Positions 1 to 9,916 are shown, numbered from the stretch's first letter. The stretch: 64,000 nucleotides of DNA from Trueperaceae bacterium (GCA_035703635.1 DASSXV010000087.1:26655-90654), one strand, 5' to 3'. The notes: generated by a model from the sequence alone, not told the origin. Program-made: numbers and translations.

Positions 1-2
1 CA

Positions 3-167
3 GGCAGCGTTCCACTCACTGAGGCCGAGCGCCTGATGCAGGAACTTCCGCATGCCACGCTTCAGCAGCTAGCTGCCTGCGGGGACCTGCCGCAAGAGGA
101 GTGCCCTGAACAGTTCTTGGACGCGACGGCTGCTTGGCTCCAGTCAAGCGGCTTGAGCACGCGGTAG
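3..167 (+). CDS. C-terminal fragment of an alpha/beta hydrolase-fold protein (5' truncated by window edge)
   Basis: Frame 3 reads GSVPLTEAERLMQELPHATLQQLAACGDLPQEECPEQFLDATAAWL*. This matches the typical 'VP...a..l...lP.a.l.....cGH.p.eE.pe.f' C-terminus, with D at the His position. Confidence 0.6.
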   Translation, partial: GSVPLTEAERLMQELPHATLQQLAACGDLPQEECPEQFLDATAAWLQSSGLSTR

Positions 168-177
168 ACTCCTCGTC

Positions 178-1233
178 ATGGAGCTACTAAAACGACTTTC
201 AGAGGCGCACGGCGTACCGGGGCGCGAGGAGCAGATCCGTGCCATCATCAGGGCCGAGCTGGCTGGCCTAGTCGACGAAGTGTCCGTCGACGCCCTCGGC
301 AACCTGACGGCCATCAAGCGCAGCGGCAAGGCGAACGCACCGAAGGTCATGGTCGCGGCCCACATGGACGAGATCGGTTTCCTCGTGCGGCACATCGACG
401 ACAAGGGCTTCCTTCGCGTGCAGCAACTCGGAGGTTTCGACCCGCGCAACCTGTTCGCTCGCCAAGTCATCGTGCACGCTTCCAAGGCGGACGGGCAGCT
501 CCTCGGCGTCATGAACCCAGCGGGCAAGCCCATCCACATCAGCACGGCGGAAGAGCGCACCAAAGTGCCGACCCTCGACCAGTTCTACGTCGACCTCGGC
601 ATGACCGGTGAGCAGGTCAAGGCCAAGGTGCGCGTAGGTGACATGGTCACGCTGCGGCAGGAGTTCCTTGACCTTGGTGACGTCGTCACCGGCAAGGCCC
701 TCGACGACCGCACGGGCTGCTGGATCCTCATCCAGGCCATCAAGCGCCTGCAGGGCACGAGCATGAACACCGACCTCTACGCCGTCTTCACCACGCAGGA
801 GGAGGTCGGCCTTCGCGGTGCGCAGACCGGCGCCTTCAGCGTCGAGCCGGACGTCGGCATCGCGCTCGACACGACGCTGGCAGTCGACACCCCCGAGATC
901 GGCGAGCACCTACGAGTAACGCAGCTCGGCAACGGCACGGCCCTCAAGGTGATGGACTCGAGCATCATCAGCACGCGCTGGTTGCTCGATCACTTCATCG
1001 ACTTGGCGGAGCGCCACGGTATCGTCTACCAACTTGAGGTCCTACCCCTCGGCGGCAACGACGCCGCCGCGCTCCAGAAGAGCGGTGCTGGCGCGCCGTC
1101 GTTCACCATCTCGACGCCGTCGCGTTACGTGCACACGGTCACCGAGATGGTCTCCAAGTCAGACCTTGAGGGGGCGGTCAAGCTCCTCACCGCCTTCGTG
1201 CAAGAGGGCGTCGAGCTCGGTGGCCGCGACTGA
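178..1233 (+). CDS. M42 family metallopeptidase (TET aminopeptidase-like)
   Basis: AAHMDEIG, KALDDR, QEEVGLRGA and RYVHT motifs. Confidence 0.9.
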   Translation: MELLKRLSEAHGVPGREEQIRAIIRAELAGLVDEVSVDALGNLTAIKRSGKANAPKVMVAAHMDEIGFLVRHIDDKGFLRVQQLGGFDPRNLFARQVIVHASKADGQLLGVMNPAGKPIHISTAEERTKVPTLDQFYVDLGMTGEQVKAKVRVGDMVTLRQEFLDLGDVVTGKALDDRTGCWILIQAIKRLQGTSMNTDLYAVFTTQEEVGLRGAQTGAFSVEPDVGIALDTTLAVDTPEIGEHLRVTQLGNGTALKVMDSSIISTRWLLDHFIDLAERHGIVYQLEVLPLGGNDAAALQKSGAGAPSFTISTPSRYVHTVTEMVSKSDLEGAVKLLTAFVQEGVELGGRD

Positions 1234-1323
1234 CCACCGCTCGTCAAGTGTCGCCCTGACGCGCTCGCGCGTGTCGGGGCGACGCGCGAGCGCGTGCCGA
1301 CCCACTTCTGGGGCGTCGGCGCG

Positions 1324-2070
1324 GTGAACATCGGCCTCATCAGCGACGTTCACGCGAACGTCATCGCCCTGGAGGCCGCCATAGCGGCCATGAAGCGGCG
1401 CAACGTAGACACTATCGTCTGCCTCGGCGATCTCGTCGGTTACGGTCCCGCACCTAACGAAGCCATCGACCTCGTCAGGTCAGAGGGTGTCATCTGCACA
1501 CTCGGAGCATCCGACGAGCGCCTTGCTTACGGCTTCGTTTCTAGCGGTGAGCGGCGGCGCGGCGTTGCCGACGAGATCCTCGCCTGGACCAAGGGCGTTC
1601 TAGAACCTACCCACCTGCGGTTCCTTCAGAGCCTGCCAGTGCAGCGGCGCCTTAACACGCCGGCAGGCTGGCTGCGCTTCTTCCACGGCACGGTGAGCAA
1701 CACGGCGGAACGACTGACCCTCAACCAGGACCCGCACTCGCTTGCGCGCATGCTCGAGCGGCACCGTTGCGCCATCCTCGCTTCGGGCGCAACGCACGTG
1801 CCGTTCTTCCGCCGCGTCGGCCCGAGCGGCGTGGTTATCAACCCAGGCTCAGTAGGGTTATCGCTCAACGGCGAGCCGGGCGCCGACTACGCGCTCCTGA
1901 ACATCAGCGACGGTGGGATAGACATCGAGATGGACAAAGTCGAGTACGACTTCGCGGCCGTTGCCTTCGACATCGTTGCGTGGGGCATCTCGCCGATGGT
2001 CGCTGAAGCCGTTCAGATGGGCCGCCTGCCCGAGAAGCTAGCCAACGGTTTGGGAGACGGTCCAGCCTAA
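1324..2070 (+). CDS. Calcineurin-like metallophosphoesterase (YfcE/Vps29-like), with degenerate motifs
   Basis: ISDVHAN, CLGDLVGYG, HG and INPGSVG motifs. GTG at 1324 chosen as the start because the domain begins there. Confidence 0.8.
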   Translation: MNIGLISDVHANVIALEAAIAAMKRRNVDTIVCLGDLVGYGPAPNEAIDLVRSEGVICTLGASDERLAYGFVSSGERRRGVADEILAWTKGVLEPTHLRFLQSLPVQRRLNTPAGWLRFFHGTVSNTAERLTLNQDPHSLARMLERHRCAILASGATHVPFFRRVGPSGVVINPGSVGLSLNGEPGADYALLNISDGGIDIEMDKVEYDFAAVAFDIVAWGISPMVAEAVQMGRLPEKLANGLGDGPA

Positions 2071-2078
2071 ACGGCTTC

Positions 2079-3251
2079 TCACACTAGCTCCAAGCCCAAG
2101 GCCAACCCCTCGCCGCCGCCGATGCAGATGCTGGCAACGCCCCGCTTCTTGCCCTTCAGCTTGAGGGCGTTGAGGAGCGTTACGAGGATGCGCGCGCCTG
2201 ACGCTCCGATCGGGTGCCCTAGCGCCACGGCGCCACCATGCACGTTCATCACGTCTGGGGAGATGCCGAACTCGTGCATCACGGCCATGGGCACGACGCT
2301 GAACGCCTCGTTAACCTCGTAAAGGTCGACGCTTTCGGGAGTCCACCCCAAGCGAGCGTAGAGCTTGCGCATGGCTGCTACGGGCGCCACCGTGAACCAC
2401 TCAGGTTCTAGCGCTGCCCCGGCCCAGCCGTGCAGGTGAGCAAGCACGGGCATGTCGCGCGCGGCGGCGGTCTCCTCGGAGGTGATCACGAGCGCGGCGG
2501 CACCGTCGTTGATGGTGCTCGCGTTCGCCGCGGTTATCGTCCCGCTGCCCTCGAACGCGGGTCTCAGCTTGATCATCTTCTCGAAGTCGACTTGGCTAGG
2601 GCCCTCGTCGCGTTCGACGGTGACGCTACCGCGGCGCCCAGCTACTTCGACAGGCACGATCTCGGCCGCGAACGTGCCGTCCTCGCTCGCGACTTGCGCG
2701 CGCAGGTAGGAGCGCTTGGCGTACTCGTCCTGCGCCTCGCGGCTGAAGGAGTACTTGGTGGCGCACAGCTCGGCGCACGACCCCATGTGCTTGTCGCCGT
2801 AGGCGTCCCACAGGCCGTCGTGCACCATGGAATCCACGAACTTCGCGTCTCCGAGGCGTAAGCCTGCGCGGGCGCCAGGGGCGAGGTAGGGGGCGTTCGT
2901 CATGGACTCCATGCCGCCAGCCACGACGACTTCCGCGTCGCCTGCCAAGATGGCGCGGCCGGCCTGGATGACGGCCTCGAGCCCCGACCCGCACATCTTA
3001 TTGAGGGTAACGGCCTCGGTGGCGTGGGCGAGGCCAGCGTAGAGCGCGGCTTGCCGCCCCGGCGCTTGACCCTGACCTGCTTGCAGTACGTTGCCGACGA
3101 GTGCGAGGTCGACGCCGTCCTGGGCAACGCCCGCGCGCGCGACGGCCTCGCGGATGGCGGCGCCTCCGAGGCGCGCGGCAGGCACGTTAGCGAAGGCGCC
3201 CTGGAACGCGCCGATCGGCGTACGCACTGCACTCGAGATGACCAGCTTCAT
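2079..3251 (-). CDS. Acetyl-CoA C-acetyltransferase (thiolase)
   Basis: NKMCGSG, NEAF, GHPIGASG and CIGGG motifs; GGAGG RBS. Confidence 0.95.
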   Translation of the reverse strand: MKLVISSAVRTPIGAFQGAFANVPAARLGGAAIREAVARAGVAQDGVDLALVGNVLQAGQGQAPGRQAALYAGLAHATEAVTLNKMCGSGLEAVIQAGRAILAGDAEVVVAGGMESMTNAPYLAPGARAGLRLGDAKFVDSMVHDGLWDAYGDKHMGSCAELCATKYSFSREAQDEYAKRSYLRAQVASEDGTFAAEIVPVEVAGRRGSVTVERDEGPSQVDFEKMIKLRPAFEGSGTITAANASTINDGAAALVITSEETAAARDMPVLAHLHGWAGAALEPEWFTVAPVAAMRKLYARLGWTPESVDLYEVNEAFSVVPMAVMHEFGISPDVMNVHGGAVALGHPIGASGARILVTLLNALKLKGKKRGVASICIGGGEGLALGLELV

Positions 3252-3325
3252 GGTGTTACCTCCGGCGGGCTAACCCGAAGCGGGCGCCCCAACTGATGCA
3301 TAGGGTACAGGGCGCAACGTCTCGT

Positions 3326-4210
3326 TCACCGCCTGAACGAGACTTGGGCGGATACTCCGCCCCACTCGACACCGAGCGGGCTGTAGAGGTCGAAACCGGC
3401 AGGCAGCAGGATCACCCCAGCTACGGGTGAGTCCGGCGCCACGCTGTCGGCGGTACCCTCCTGCAGCAGTAGGCGGTACGGGTAGCGCACCTCGAGTTCA
3501 CGGCTGCCTTGGGAGAAGCGCAGCGTGGCTTCCCAGGTGGTCGCCTCCGCCGCCACGAGCTGGAGCAGCAGCACGTTGTCGCTTGCTGCGCCGCTTAGCC
3601 AGGCCGCGTCAAGCGCGGCGTCGACCGCTGTCGTCAACTCGGGCCGCGCGAGCGGCAGTAGTGCAAGGTCGAGCAGGGTGAGGGCCACGGCGCCATCGTA
3701 GAAGCGCAATGCCGTCACCCCCGCGCCCAGCTCCGTTACCTCCCAAGCCGCGTCCGCGCTGGCGGCCAGGGCGGGTGGGGGCGCCCCTGGGAACGCCTCG
3801 TTGGCGAGCGCGACCTCGCTGCCGTTGGCTAGCCACAGCGCAGCGCCTGAGGCGCTCGGTTCCACGCCAAGGTACTCGAGGGCGTCGAGCGGCGCCCACC
3901 ACTCGGCCCCGTACTGAATGACGGGAGCCGAGAACGAAACGTCGATCGGTCCGCCTCCAGTTGGGCGCTGCATGAGTCCGGCGGTCGAACCTGCGAAGAA
4001 CGTGACGACACCGAGCGCGCCGCGGAAAGTGAGCACGCCGTCCACTGCCGTTGCCACCGCGCCAGCTGCACGCGCCAAGTCGGTAAGTTCGGCATAGGCT
4101 GCGCCTGCGTGCCGCGCCGCTCGCACGCTCCTACCGCCTTGCGCCACCACGCTTGCCGCTGGCAGCGCAAGGAGCAGCAAGGCAGCGATAATGCGGCGCT
4201 TGGATGGCAT
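3326..4210 (-). CDS. Hypothetical exported protein
   Basis: Signal-peptide-like N-terminus (MPSKRRIIAALLLLALPAASVVAQ); TAGGCT -10 box 7 nt upstream of ATG 4210. Confidence 0.65.
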   Translation of the reverse strand: MPSKRRIIAALLLLALPAASVVAQGGRSVRAARHAGAAYAELTDLARAAGAVATAVDGVLTFRGALGVVTFFAGSTAGLMQRPTGGGPIDVSFSAPVIQYGAEWWAPLDALEYLGVEPSASGAALWLANGSEVALANEAFPGAPPPALAASADAAWEVTELGAGVTALRFYDGAVALTLLDLALLPLARPELTTAVDAALDAAWLSGAASDNVLLLQLVAAEATTWEATLRFSQGSRELEVRYPYRLLLQEGTADSVAPDSPVAGVILLPAGFDLYSPLGVEWGGVSAQVSFRR

Positions 4211-4312
4211 CGTGGCGAGCCTAGCATGTGGCGGCAAGGCGCTAGAATGCCGTTATTCACGTCCGCTGCAGCATCTGTTGCACAGGAGCACCTGCGAGAG
4301 GAGCCCTAAACC

Positions 4313-6034
4313 ATAGAGAAGGTTCACGGCCGCACATCGGGCCTCAAGAGCAACCAACTGAAGCGCCTAAGCAACTTGTACCGCAGACGCGTGCCGCCAG
4401 AAGCGGCGGTAACGGTCGACTTGGCGCGTGCGCTTGGCGAGCTTACCGATGAGTTCGGGCGCGGCGTCAGCCTGCTCATCGACCGCCGCGGCCGCGTAGT
4501 CACGGTCGCCGTCGGCGACGCGGCGGACACCCCCCTCCCGCCGATGCACGGCGAGGCTGAATCGCGCTTGTACGGCCTGCGCCTTGTACACACGCACGTC
4601 AAGCCAAGCGGCTTATCTGGCAGCGACCTCACTACCCTCTTCGTGAACCGGCTAGACGCCATGGTGGCGCTCGAAGTCGGAGCCGCACGCGGCGCGGCCG
4701 CCGGCTTCACGGTCGGGCCCGCCCACCTGGCGTTCGTCGCGCCGGCGGGCAGCGACGAGGAGGACTGGTTGGTGGAGGCGCCGATGACGGTGCGGGAGTT
4801 GGAGGACCTCAACTTCCTCGAGCGCTTGCATGCCCTCGAAGAGGAGTTAGCGCGGGGCGCCGCCGTGCGCGAGGTTCACCGCACCAGCACGGAGCGCGCC
4901 GTACTCGTAGGCTTGGCTGGGCGCGAGGTGGCCGCCGAGACGGAATCGCGGATGGCCGAACTAGCTGAGCTGGTCAGGAGCGCTGGCGCAGACGCGGTCG
5001 CCACCACCTTGCAACCCCGCGATAAGCCCGACACCCGCACGTTCGTCGGTGAAGGCAAGCTGCAGGAGATCATCGCTTTGGCTTTCCACGAGGACGCCGA
5101 CTTGCTCGTGTTCGACCGCGAGCTTTCCCCCGCCCAGGCGCGCGAGATCGAGGCGTTCACGAAGCTGAAGGTCCTCGACCGCACGCAGGTGATCCTCGAC
5201 ATCTTCGCGCAGAACGCTCGTGGCCGCGAGGCGCAGGTCCAAGTCGAGCTCGCGCAACTGCACTACCAACTACCGCGCCTGGCTGGGCGCGGCGTCGCCA
5301 TGAGCCGACTGGGTGGCGGCATCGGCACGCGCGGCCCAGGCGAAACGAAGCTCGAGGTCGACCGGCGCAAGATCCGCGACAGCATCACCAGCCTGGAGTT
5401 GGCGGTCGACGCCATCAGCCGGCGCCGCAGTGAAACGCGTAAGCAGCGCGTGCGAGGCACCACCCCGACCATCGCTCTGGTCGGCTACACGAACGCGGGA
5501 AAGTCGACGCTGTTCAACGCCCTCGCCAAGTCGGACGTGCTGGCGCGCGACAAGCTCTTCGCCACCCTGCGCCCGACGAGCCGCGAAGGCTGGCTACCCG
5601 ACCTGGGGCCGCATGGCGGCAAGGTCGTGTTCACCGACACGGTCGGTTTCATCCGCGACCTCCCTGAGGAACTCATCAACGCCTTCCGCGCCACCCTTGA
5701 AGAGCTGCACGACGCCGACTTGCTACTGCACGTCGTCGACGGCGCCAGCCCCGGGGCGCCGGACCGCGTCGACGCCGTGACGCGCGTGCTCGAGGAACTC
5801 AAGCTGGAAGTGCCAAGTCAGGTCGTGCTCAACAAGCTCGACGCCGCCGACCCGCAAGTCGTCGAGGAGTTGGAGCGGCGCTACTCGGCAACAGCGGTGT
5901 CGGCCGTTACGGGCGCAGGGCTAACCGAGTTGCGCTCGAAGCTGGCCGCCACGCTGCTGGCTTCCGGCACCGTGGTTACGAGCCAGCCGTGGCAGCTGGA
6001 AGGAGCCAATGCCGACGGTAGCTGGGGTGACTAG
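4313..6034 (+). CDS. hflX: GTPase HflX (long Deinococcota/cyanobacterial type), probable ATA start
   Basis: [34 protein letters not shown] and NKLD motifs. The N-terminal segment [19 protein letters not shown] begins at ATA 4313, after GAGGAG. Confidence 0.92.
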   Translation: MEKVHGRTSGLKSNQLKRLSNLYRRRVPPEAAVTVDLARALGELTDEFGRGVSLLIDRRGRVVTVAVGDAADTPLPPMHGEAESRLYGLRLVHTHVKPSGLSGSDLTTLFVNRLDAMVALEVGAARGAAAGFTVGPAHLAFVAPAGSDEEDWLVEAPMTVRELEDLNFLERLHALEEELARGAAVREVHRTSTERAVLVGLAGREVAAETESRMAELAELVRSAGADAVATTLQPRDKPDTRTFVGEGKLQEIIALAFHEDADLLVFDRELSPAQAREIEAFTKLKVLDRTQVILDIFAQNARGREAQVQVELAQLHYQLPRLAGRGVAMSRLGGGIGTRGPGETKLEVDRRKIRDSITSLELAVDAISRRRSETRKQRVRGTTPTIALVGYTNAGKSTLFNALAKSDVLARDKLFATLRPTSREGWLPDLGPHGGKVVFTDTVGFIRDLPEELINAFRATLEELHDADLLLHVVDGASPGAPDRVDAVTRVLEELKLEVPSQVVLNKLDAADPQVVEELERRYSATAVSAVTGAGLTELRSKLAATLLASGTVVTSQPWQLEGANADGSWGD

Positions 6035-6045
6035 TAGCATGAGGC

Positions 6046-7881
6046 ATGAGTTTCACCGACCTTAGAAGTTTCGTGACGCTGCTAGAGGAGCGCGGGCAAC
6101 TCGTGCGCGTTACCAAGCCGGTTGCCATCTACCTCGAGATGTCAGAGATCGCCGACCGGCTGGTCAAGGCCGCGGGGCCAGCAGTGCTCTTCGAACGCCC
6201 CCTTGCCGCGGACGGCAAGGTGCTAAGCATGCCAGTGGTCATGAACCTCTTCGGCACCAGGCAGCGCATGGCGTGGGCGCTTGGCCTCGAGCAGCTCGAC
6301 GAGGTAGGCGACCGCATCAGGGCGCTCCTCGACGTTAAGCTCGGCGGCGGCCTCCTCGGACTGATGTCGAACCTCCCGAAACTGCGCGAGGTGAAGACGC
6401 TGCCGCCTAAGCGCGTGCGCAACGCGCCCGCCCAGCAGCGGGTGCTGCGCGGTGCGGAAGTCGATCTGCGCCAGTTGCCGATCCTCACGACTTGGCCGCA
6501 GGACGGTGGGCCGTTCGTGACTTTGCCGCTGGTGGTCACGCGTGACCCTGAACGCGGCGACCTGAACATCGGGATGTACCGCATGCAGGTGCTCGACGAG
6601 CGCAGCACGGCCATGCACTGGCAGCGTCATAAGACAGGGGCACGCCACCTCGAAAGCGCGCGGCGGCTAGGGCAACGCCTGGAGGTGGCCGTCGCCATCG
6701 GCGGCGACCCAGCGCTCATCTACGGCTCCACCGCGCCGCTGCCGCCCATCCCAGGCCTCAACGAGTACTCGCTGACGGGTTTCCTCCGCGGCAAGGCGCT
6801 CGAGGTCGTGAAGGGCGTGACGGTCGACCTCGACGTGCCTGCGCACGCCGAGCTGGTGCTCGAGGGCTACGTCGACCCGCAAGAGGAGCTGGTGGTCGAG
6901 GGGCCGTTCGGCGACCACACCGGCTTCTACACGCTGCCCGACCTCTACCCGCGTTTTCACGTCACCGCCATCACCATGCGCGACGAGCCGATCTACCCAG
7001 CCACGGTCGTCGGGCGGCCGCCGATGGAGGACGCGTACCTCATCGAGGCGAGCGAGCGCATCTTCCTAGAACCAGCGCGCTTCATCCTCCCCGAGATCAG
7101 CGACTATCACATGCCGCCAGCTGGCATCGCACACAACCTCGTCAACGTGACCATCCACAAGAGCTTCCCAGGCCACGCTTACAAGGTCGCCAACGGCCTG
7201 CTCGGCCTCGGGCAGATGATGTTCGCCAAGGTCATCTTGGTCGCGGACGACGGGGCGGCCGATCCGAAGAACCATATCGGCTTCTGGCGTCACGTCCTCG
7301 CGAACGCCCTGCCTGGCCGCGACAGCCAGTTCGCCAAGGGCCCAAGCGACGTGCTCGATCACTCAAGCCGCGCGTTCAGCTACGGCTCCAAGCTCCTGAT
7401 CGACGGCACCCGCAAGTCCCCAGAGGAGGGCGGCGACGCGCCTTTCACCCCGAACCAAGAGCGGACGGCCGCGCAACTCCCTAGTCACGCCGAGATCGTC
7501 GACCAGCACCAGGTAGCGGGCGGGTTCTGGTTCATCACCACCCGCAAGGAGCGGCCTGGGCAAGGGCGGCACTTGGGTGAGTGGGCCGCGCGCCAACCAG
7601 CCGCTCAAGGCGTCCGCCTGATCGCCGTGCTCGACGACGAGTGCGACCCGCGCGACTTCGAGGACTGCATGTGGACCCTCCTGAACAACATGGACCCAGA
7701 GCGCGACGCGCAGATCATCTCCGACCCGGCCGGTGTCGGGCCGCTGTTCGCCATCGACGCCACCCCGAAACTGCGCTCGGAAGGTTTCGATCGCGACTGG
7801 CCCGAGAAGCTCACCATGCCTAGCGCCGTCAAGGCGCGGGTCGACGAGTTATGGCCGGAGATCAGCGGGCGAGGGGTGTGA
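6046..7881 (+). CDS. UbiD-family (menaquinone-biosynthesis-type) decarboxylase
   Basis: EGPFGDHTGFY, GRPPMED and LDHSS motifs; duplicated C-terminal domain. Confidence 0.88.
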   Translation: MSFTDLRSFVTLLEERGQLVRVTKPVAIYLEMSEIADRLVKAAGPAVLFERPLAADGKVLSMPVVMNLFGTRQRMAWALGLEQLDEVGDRIRALLDVKLGGGLLGLMSNLPKLREVKTLPPKRVRNAPAQQRVLRGAEVDLRQLPILTTWPQDGGPFVTLPLVVTRDPERGDLNIGMYRMQVLDERSTAMHWQRHKTGARHLESARRLGQRLEVAVAIGGDPALIYGSTAPLPPIPGLNEYSLTGFLRGKALEVVKGVTVDLDVPAHAELVLEGYVDPQEELVVEGPFGDHTGFYTLPDLYPRFHVTAITMRDEPIYPATVVGRPPMEDAYLIEASERIFLEPARFILPEISDYHMPPAGIAHNLVNVTIHKSFPGHAYKVANGLLGLGQMMFAKVILVADDGAADPKNHIGFWRHVLANALPGRDSQFAKGPSDVLDHSSRAFSYGSKLLIDGTRKSPEEGGDAPFTPNQERTAAQLPSHAEIVDQHQVAGGFWFITTRKERPGQGRHLGEWAARQPAAQGVRLIAVLDDECDPRDFEDCMWTLLNNMDPERDAQIISDPAGVGPLFAIDATPKLRSEGFDRDWPEKLTMPSAVKARVDELWPEISGRGV

Positions 7882-7922
7882 CGCCAGCGCGAGTGGAGCT
7901 TGAGTCCGGCCCCGTCTGCGCT

Positions 7923-8777
7923 TCAGCGTCGGTGGCCGAAGAGGGCGGCTGGCACGAACAGGGCCGCCTGGGTGAGAACGATGGTGGCGCCGCTCGGCAC
8001 GTCTAGGTAGAAGGAGAGCGCCAAGCCGGCCACGGTGCTCGTCACACCGAGCGCCACGCTGAGTAGCGTCATGCGCGCGAGGGTCGGCGCCAACAACCTT
8101 GCCGCCGCTGCCGGTATCACGAGGTAGGCGGCCATGAGCACGATGCCGACCACGCTGGCGCTCACTGCGATAACTACCGCTGCCAGCAAGAAGAGCGCCA
8201 GCTCGAGGGCGCCTGTGCGCACGCCGTCGCTGCGGGCGAGTTCGTCGTCGAAGGTCGCGTAACTCAAGCGCCCCCAGGCGGCGAGCAGCGCGGCGACCGC
8301 CAAGGCCGCCACGATCGAGATGGCGAGCAGGTCGCCTCGCCGCACGCCGAGGATGGAGCCGAAGAGCAGGTCGAGGACCGACACGCCGAGGTTCACGTCC
8401 GGCGGTATGAGCGAGAAGAACATGACGCCGAGCGCGACGCTCACCGCGAAGGACACCCCGATGGCCGTGTCGGAGCTGAGACGCGTGCGCTTGCGCAGCG
8501 CCGCGATGACGAGGGCAGCTAGCAGACTGAACGGCAACGCTATCCAGAGCGGGTGCTGCAGCAGGGCGACGCTCGAGCCGATCAGCCCGCTCGTGACGAT
8601 CACGTACGCCCCGATGCCCATGCCGCCGAACGCCGCGTGCGCCAGCCCATCGCCGAGGAACGCCAGGCGCCGCTGCACGACGAACACGCCAAGCACGCCT
8701 GACATGACGGCGATGAGTATCCCCGCGATCACGGCGCGCTGAAAGAACGGTAGCGTCAGTGCTTCGAGGAGGCTCAT
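7923..8777 (-). CDS. znuB: Zn/Mn ABC transporter permease (ZnuB-like)
   Basis: GDGLAHAAFGG, LFGSILGV and PAAAARL motifs; multiple TM segments. Confidence 0.85.
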   Translation of the reverse strand: MSLLEALTLPFFQRAVIAGILIAVMSGVLGVFVVQRRLAFLGDGLAHAAFGGMGIGAYVIVTSGLIGSSVALLQHPLWIALPFSLLAALVIAALRKRTRLSSDTAIGVSFAVSVALGVMFFSLIPPDVNLGVSVLDLLFGSILGVRRGDLLAISIVAALAVAALLAAWGRLSYATFDDELARSDGVRTGALELALFLLAAVVIAVSASVVGIVLMAAYLVIPAAAARLLAPTLARMTLLSVALGVTSTVAGLALSFYLDVPSGATIVLTQAALFVPAALFGHRR

Positions 8778-9535
8778 AGCGTGATGCCGTGCTCGTGGCG
8801 CCTGTGACCGAACGCGTCCTGCAGGCACTCCTCCCGCATGACCTCTTCGGGCCCACCGTAGCCGCGCACGGTGCGGTTGAGGACGAGGACCTTGTCGGAG
8901 TGGTAGCGGGCGGCGGTGAGGTCGTGCGTGACCATGACGACGGTGGCGCCACTATCCGCCTGGTACTCCTCTAGCAGGTCGTAGATGTCGCGCTCGGCGA
9001 GGAAGTCCACGCCGGTAGCTGGCTCATCTAGCAACACCAACTCGGGCTCGCGTACGAAGGCGCGGGCTAGGAAAGCGCGCTGCAGCTCGCCACCAGATAG
9101 CCGTGATAGGGGCCGCATCGCCAACTGCTCCGCCCCGACACGGTGAAGCGCGGCCGTGGCGCGCTCGCGCTCGGTGGGCGGCACGCGCCACGGCCATGAC
9201 CGCCGCAACCCGGTGACGACGAGCTCGAGCGCGGTGGCGGGAAACGTGCGATCGAAGGTCTTGAGTTGCGGCACGTACCCGATGCGTCCCGGGCTGCTCC
9301 CTGGGCGCTCACCGAACACGCTGGCGCTCCCTCTCAGCGGTTGGGTAAGGCCTAGTGCCACCTTGACGAGCGTCGACTTGCCGGCGCCGTTCGGCCCTAC
9401 GATGGCCAACGACTCGCCCCGTTCCAACGCGAAGGTCACGTCCCTCAGGGCTACGAAGTCGCCGAAGCGCACCGTCACGCCGTCGAACTGCAGCAAGACG
9501 GCGCCGCCCACAGGGAGCGGCGCCGCAACCGACAT
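8774..9535 (-). CDS. znuC: Zn/Mn ABC transporter ATP-binding protein (ZnuC-like)
   Basis: GPNGAGKST, IGYVPQ, LSGGELQR and LDEP motifs; His-rich C-terminus; 4-nt overlap with the permease gene. Confidence 0.85.
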   Translation of the reverse strand: MSVAAPLPVGGAVLLQFDGVTVRFGDFVALRDVTFALERGESLAIVGPNGAGKSTLVKVALGLTQPLRGSASVFGERPGSSPGRIGYVPQLKTFDRTFPATALELVVTGLRRSWPWRVPPTERERATAALHRVGAEQLAMRPLSRLSGGELQRAFLARAFVREPELVLLDEPATGVDFLAERDIYDLLEEYQADSGATVVMVTHDLTAARYHSDKVLVLNRTVRGYGGPEEVMREECLQDAFGHRRHEHGITL

Positions 9536-9546
9536 TTTTTGCTCGC

Positions 9547-9795
9547 TCAGGCGGGCTTGTTCGGGTTTACGAACACCGTTGGGTCGAGCTGGCGGATGGC
9601 CTTGGCGCTCAACCACACGCGCGACGGACGACCGTCGAGCCACACGGTGCGCTTCTGCAAGTTCGGCTTGAGGGTGCGCTTGTGCACGCCAACTTGCTTG
9701 AGACCCACGCCGCCCTTGCGCTTGGCGGAACCCTTGCGGGTGCTGGTGGTGGTGCTGCGGGTGCGCTTCCCGGTTAAGGCACAGACGCGCGGCAT
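9547..9795 (-). CDS. rpmB: 50S ribosomal protein L28
   Basis: MPRVCALTGK...KGGVG...KRTLKPNLQK...VWLSAKAIR; GGAGG RBS at 9801-9805. Confidence 0.92.
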   Translation of the reverse strand: MPRVCALTGKRTRSTTTSTRKGSAKRKGGVGLKQVGVHKRTLKPNLQKRTVWLDGRPSRVWLSAKAIRQLDPTVFVNPNKPA

Positions 9796-9888
9796 GACTT
9801 CCTCCATTACTACGGGGCGCTAGGCTGCCCCTCATCACTCTTAGGTTAAGTAGCGGCGCGCATTGGTGGCTCCGCTCGTAAGCGCTTG

Positions 9889-9916
9889 AGTTTAGCACAC
9901 CGCCCCGAGACTGCAA
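9889..9916 (-). promoter_or_regulatory. Putative sigma70 promoter of rpmB-znuC-znuB
   Basis: TTGCAG-16nt-TAAACT on the minus strand, with a TG extension. Confidence 0.5.

Noticed and set aside
4109-4309. ORF in frame with hflX, suggesting readthrough or a pseudogene
   Set aside because: HflX-like sequence starts only after the TAA, with its own SD. The upstream ATG at 4247 overlaps the -10 box.
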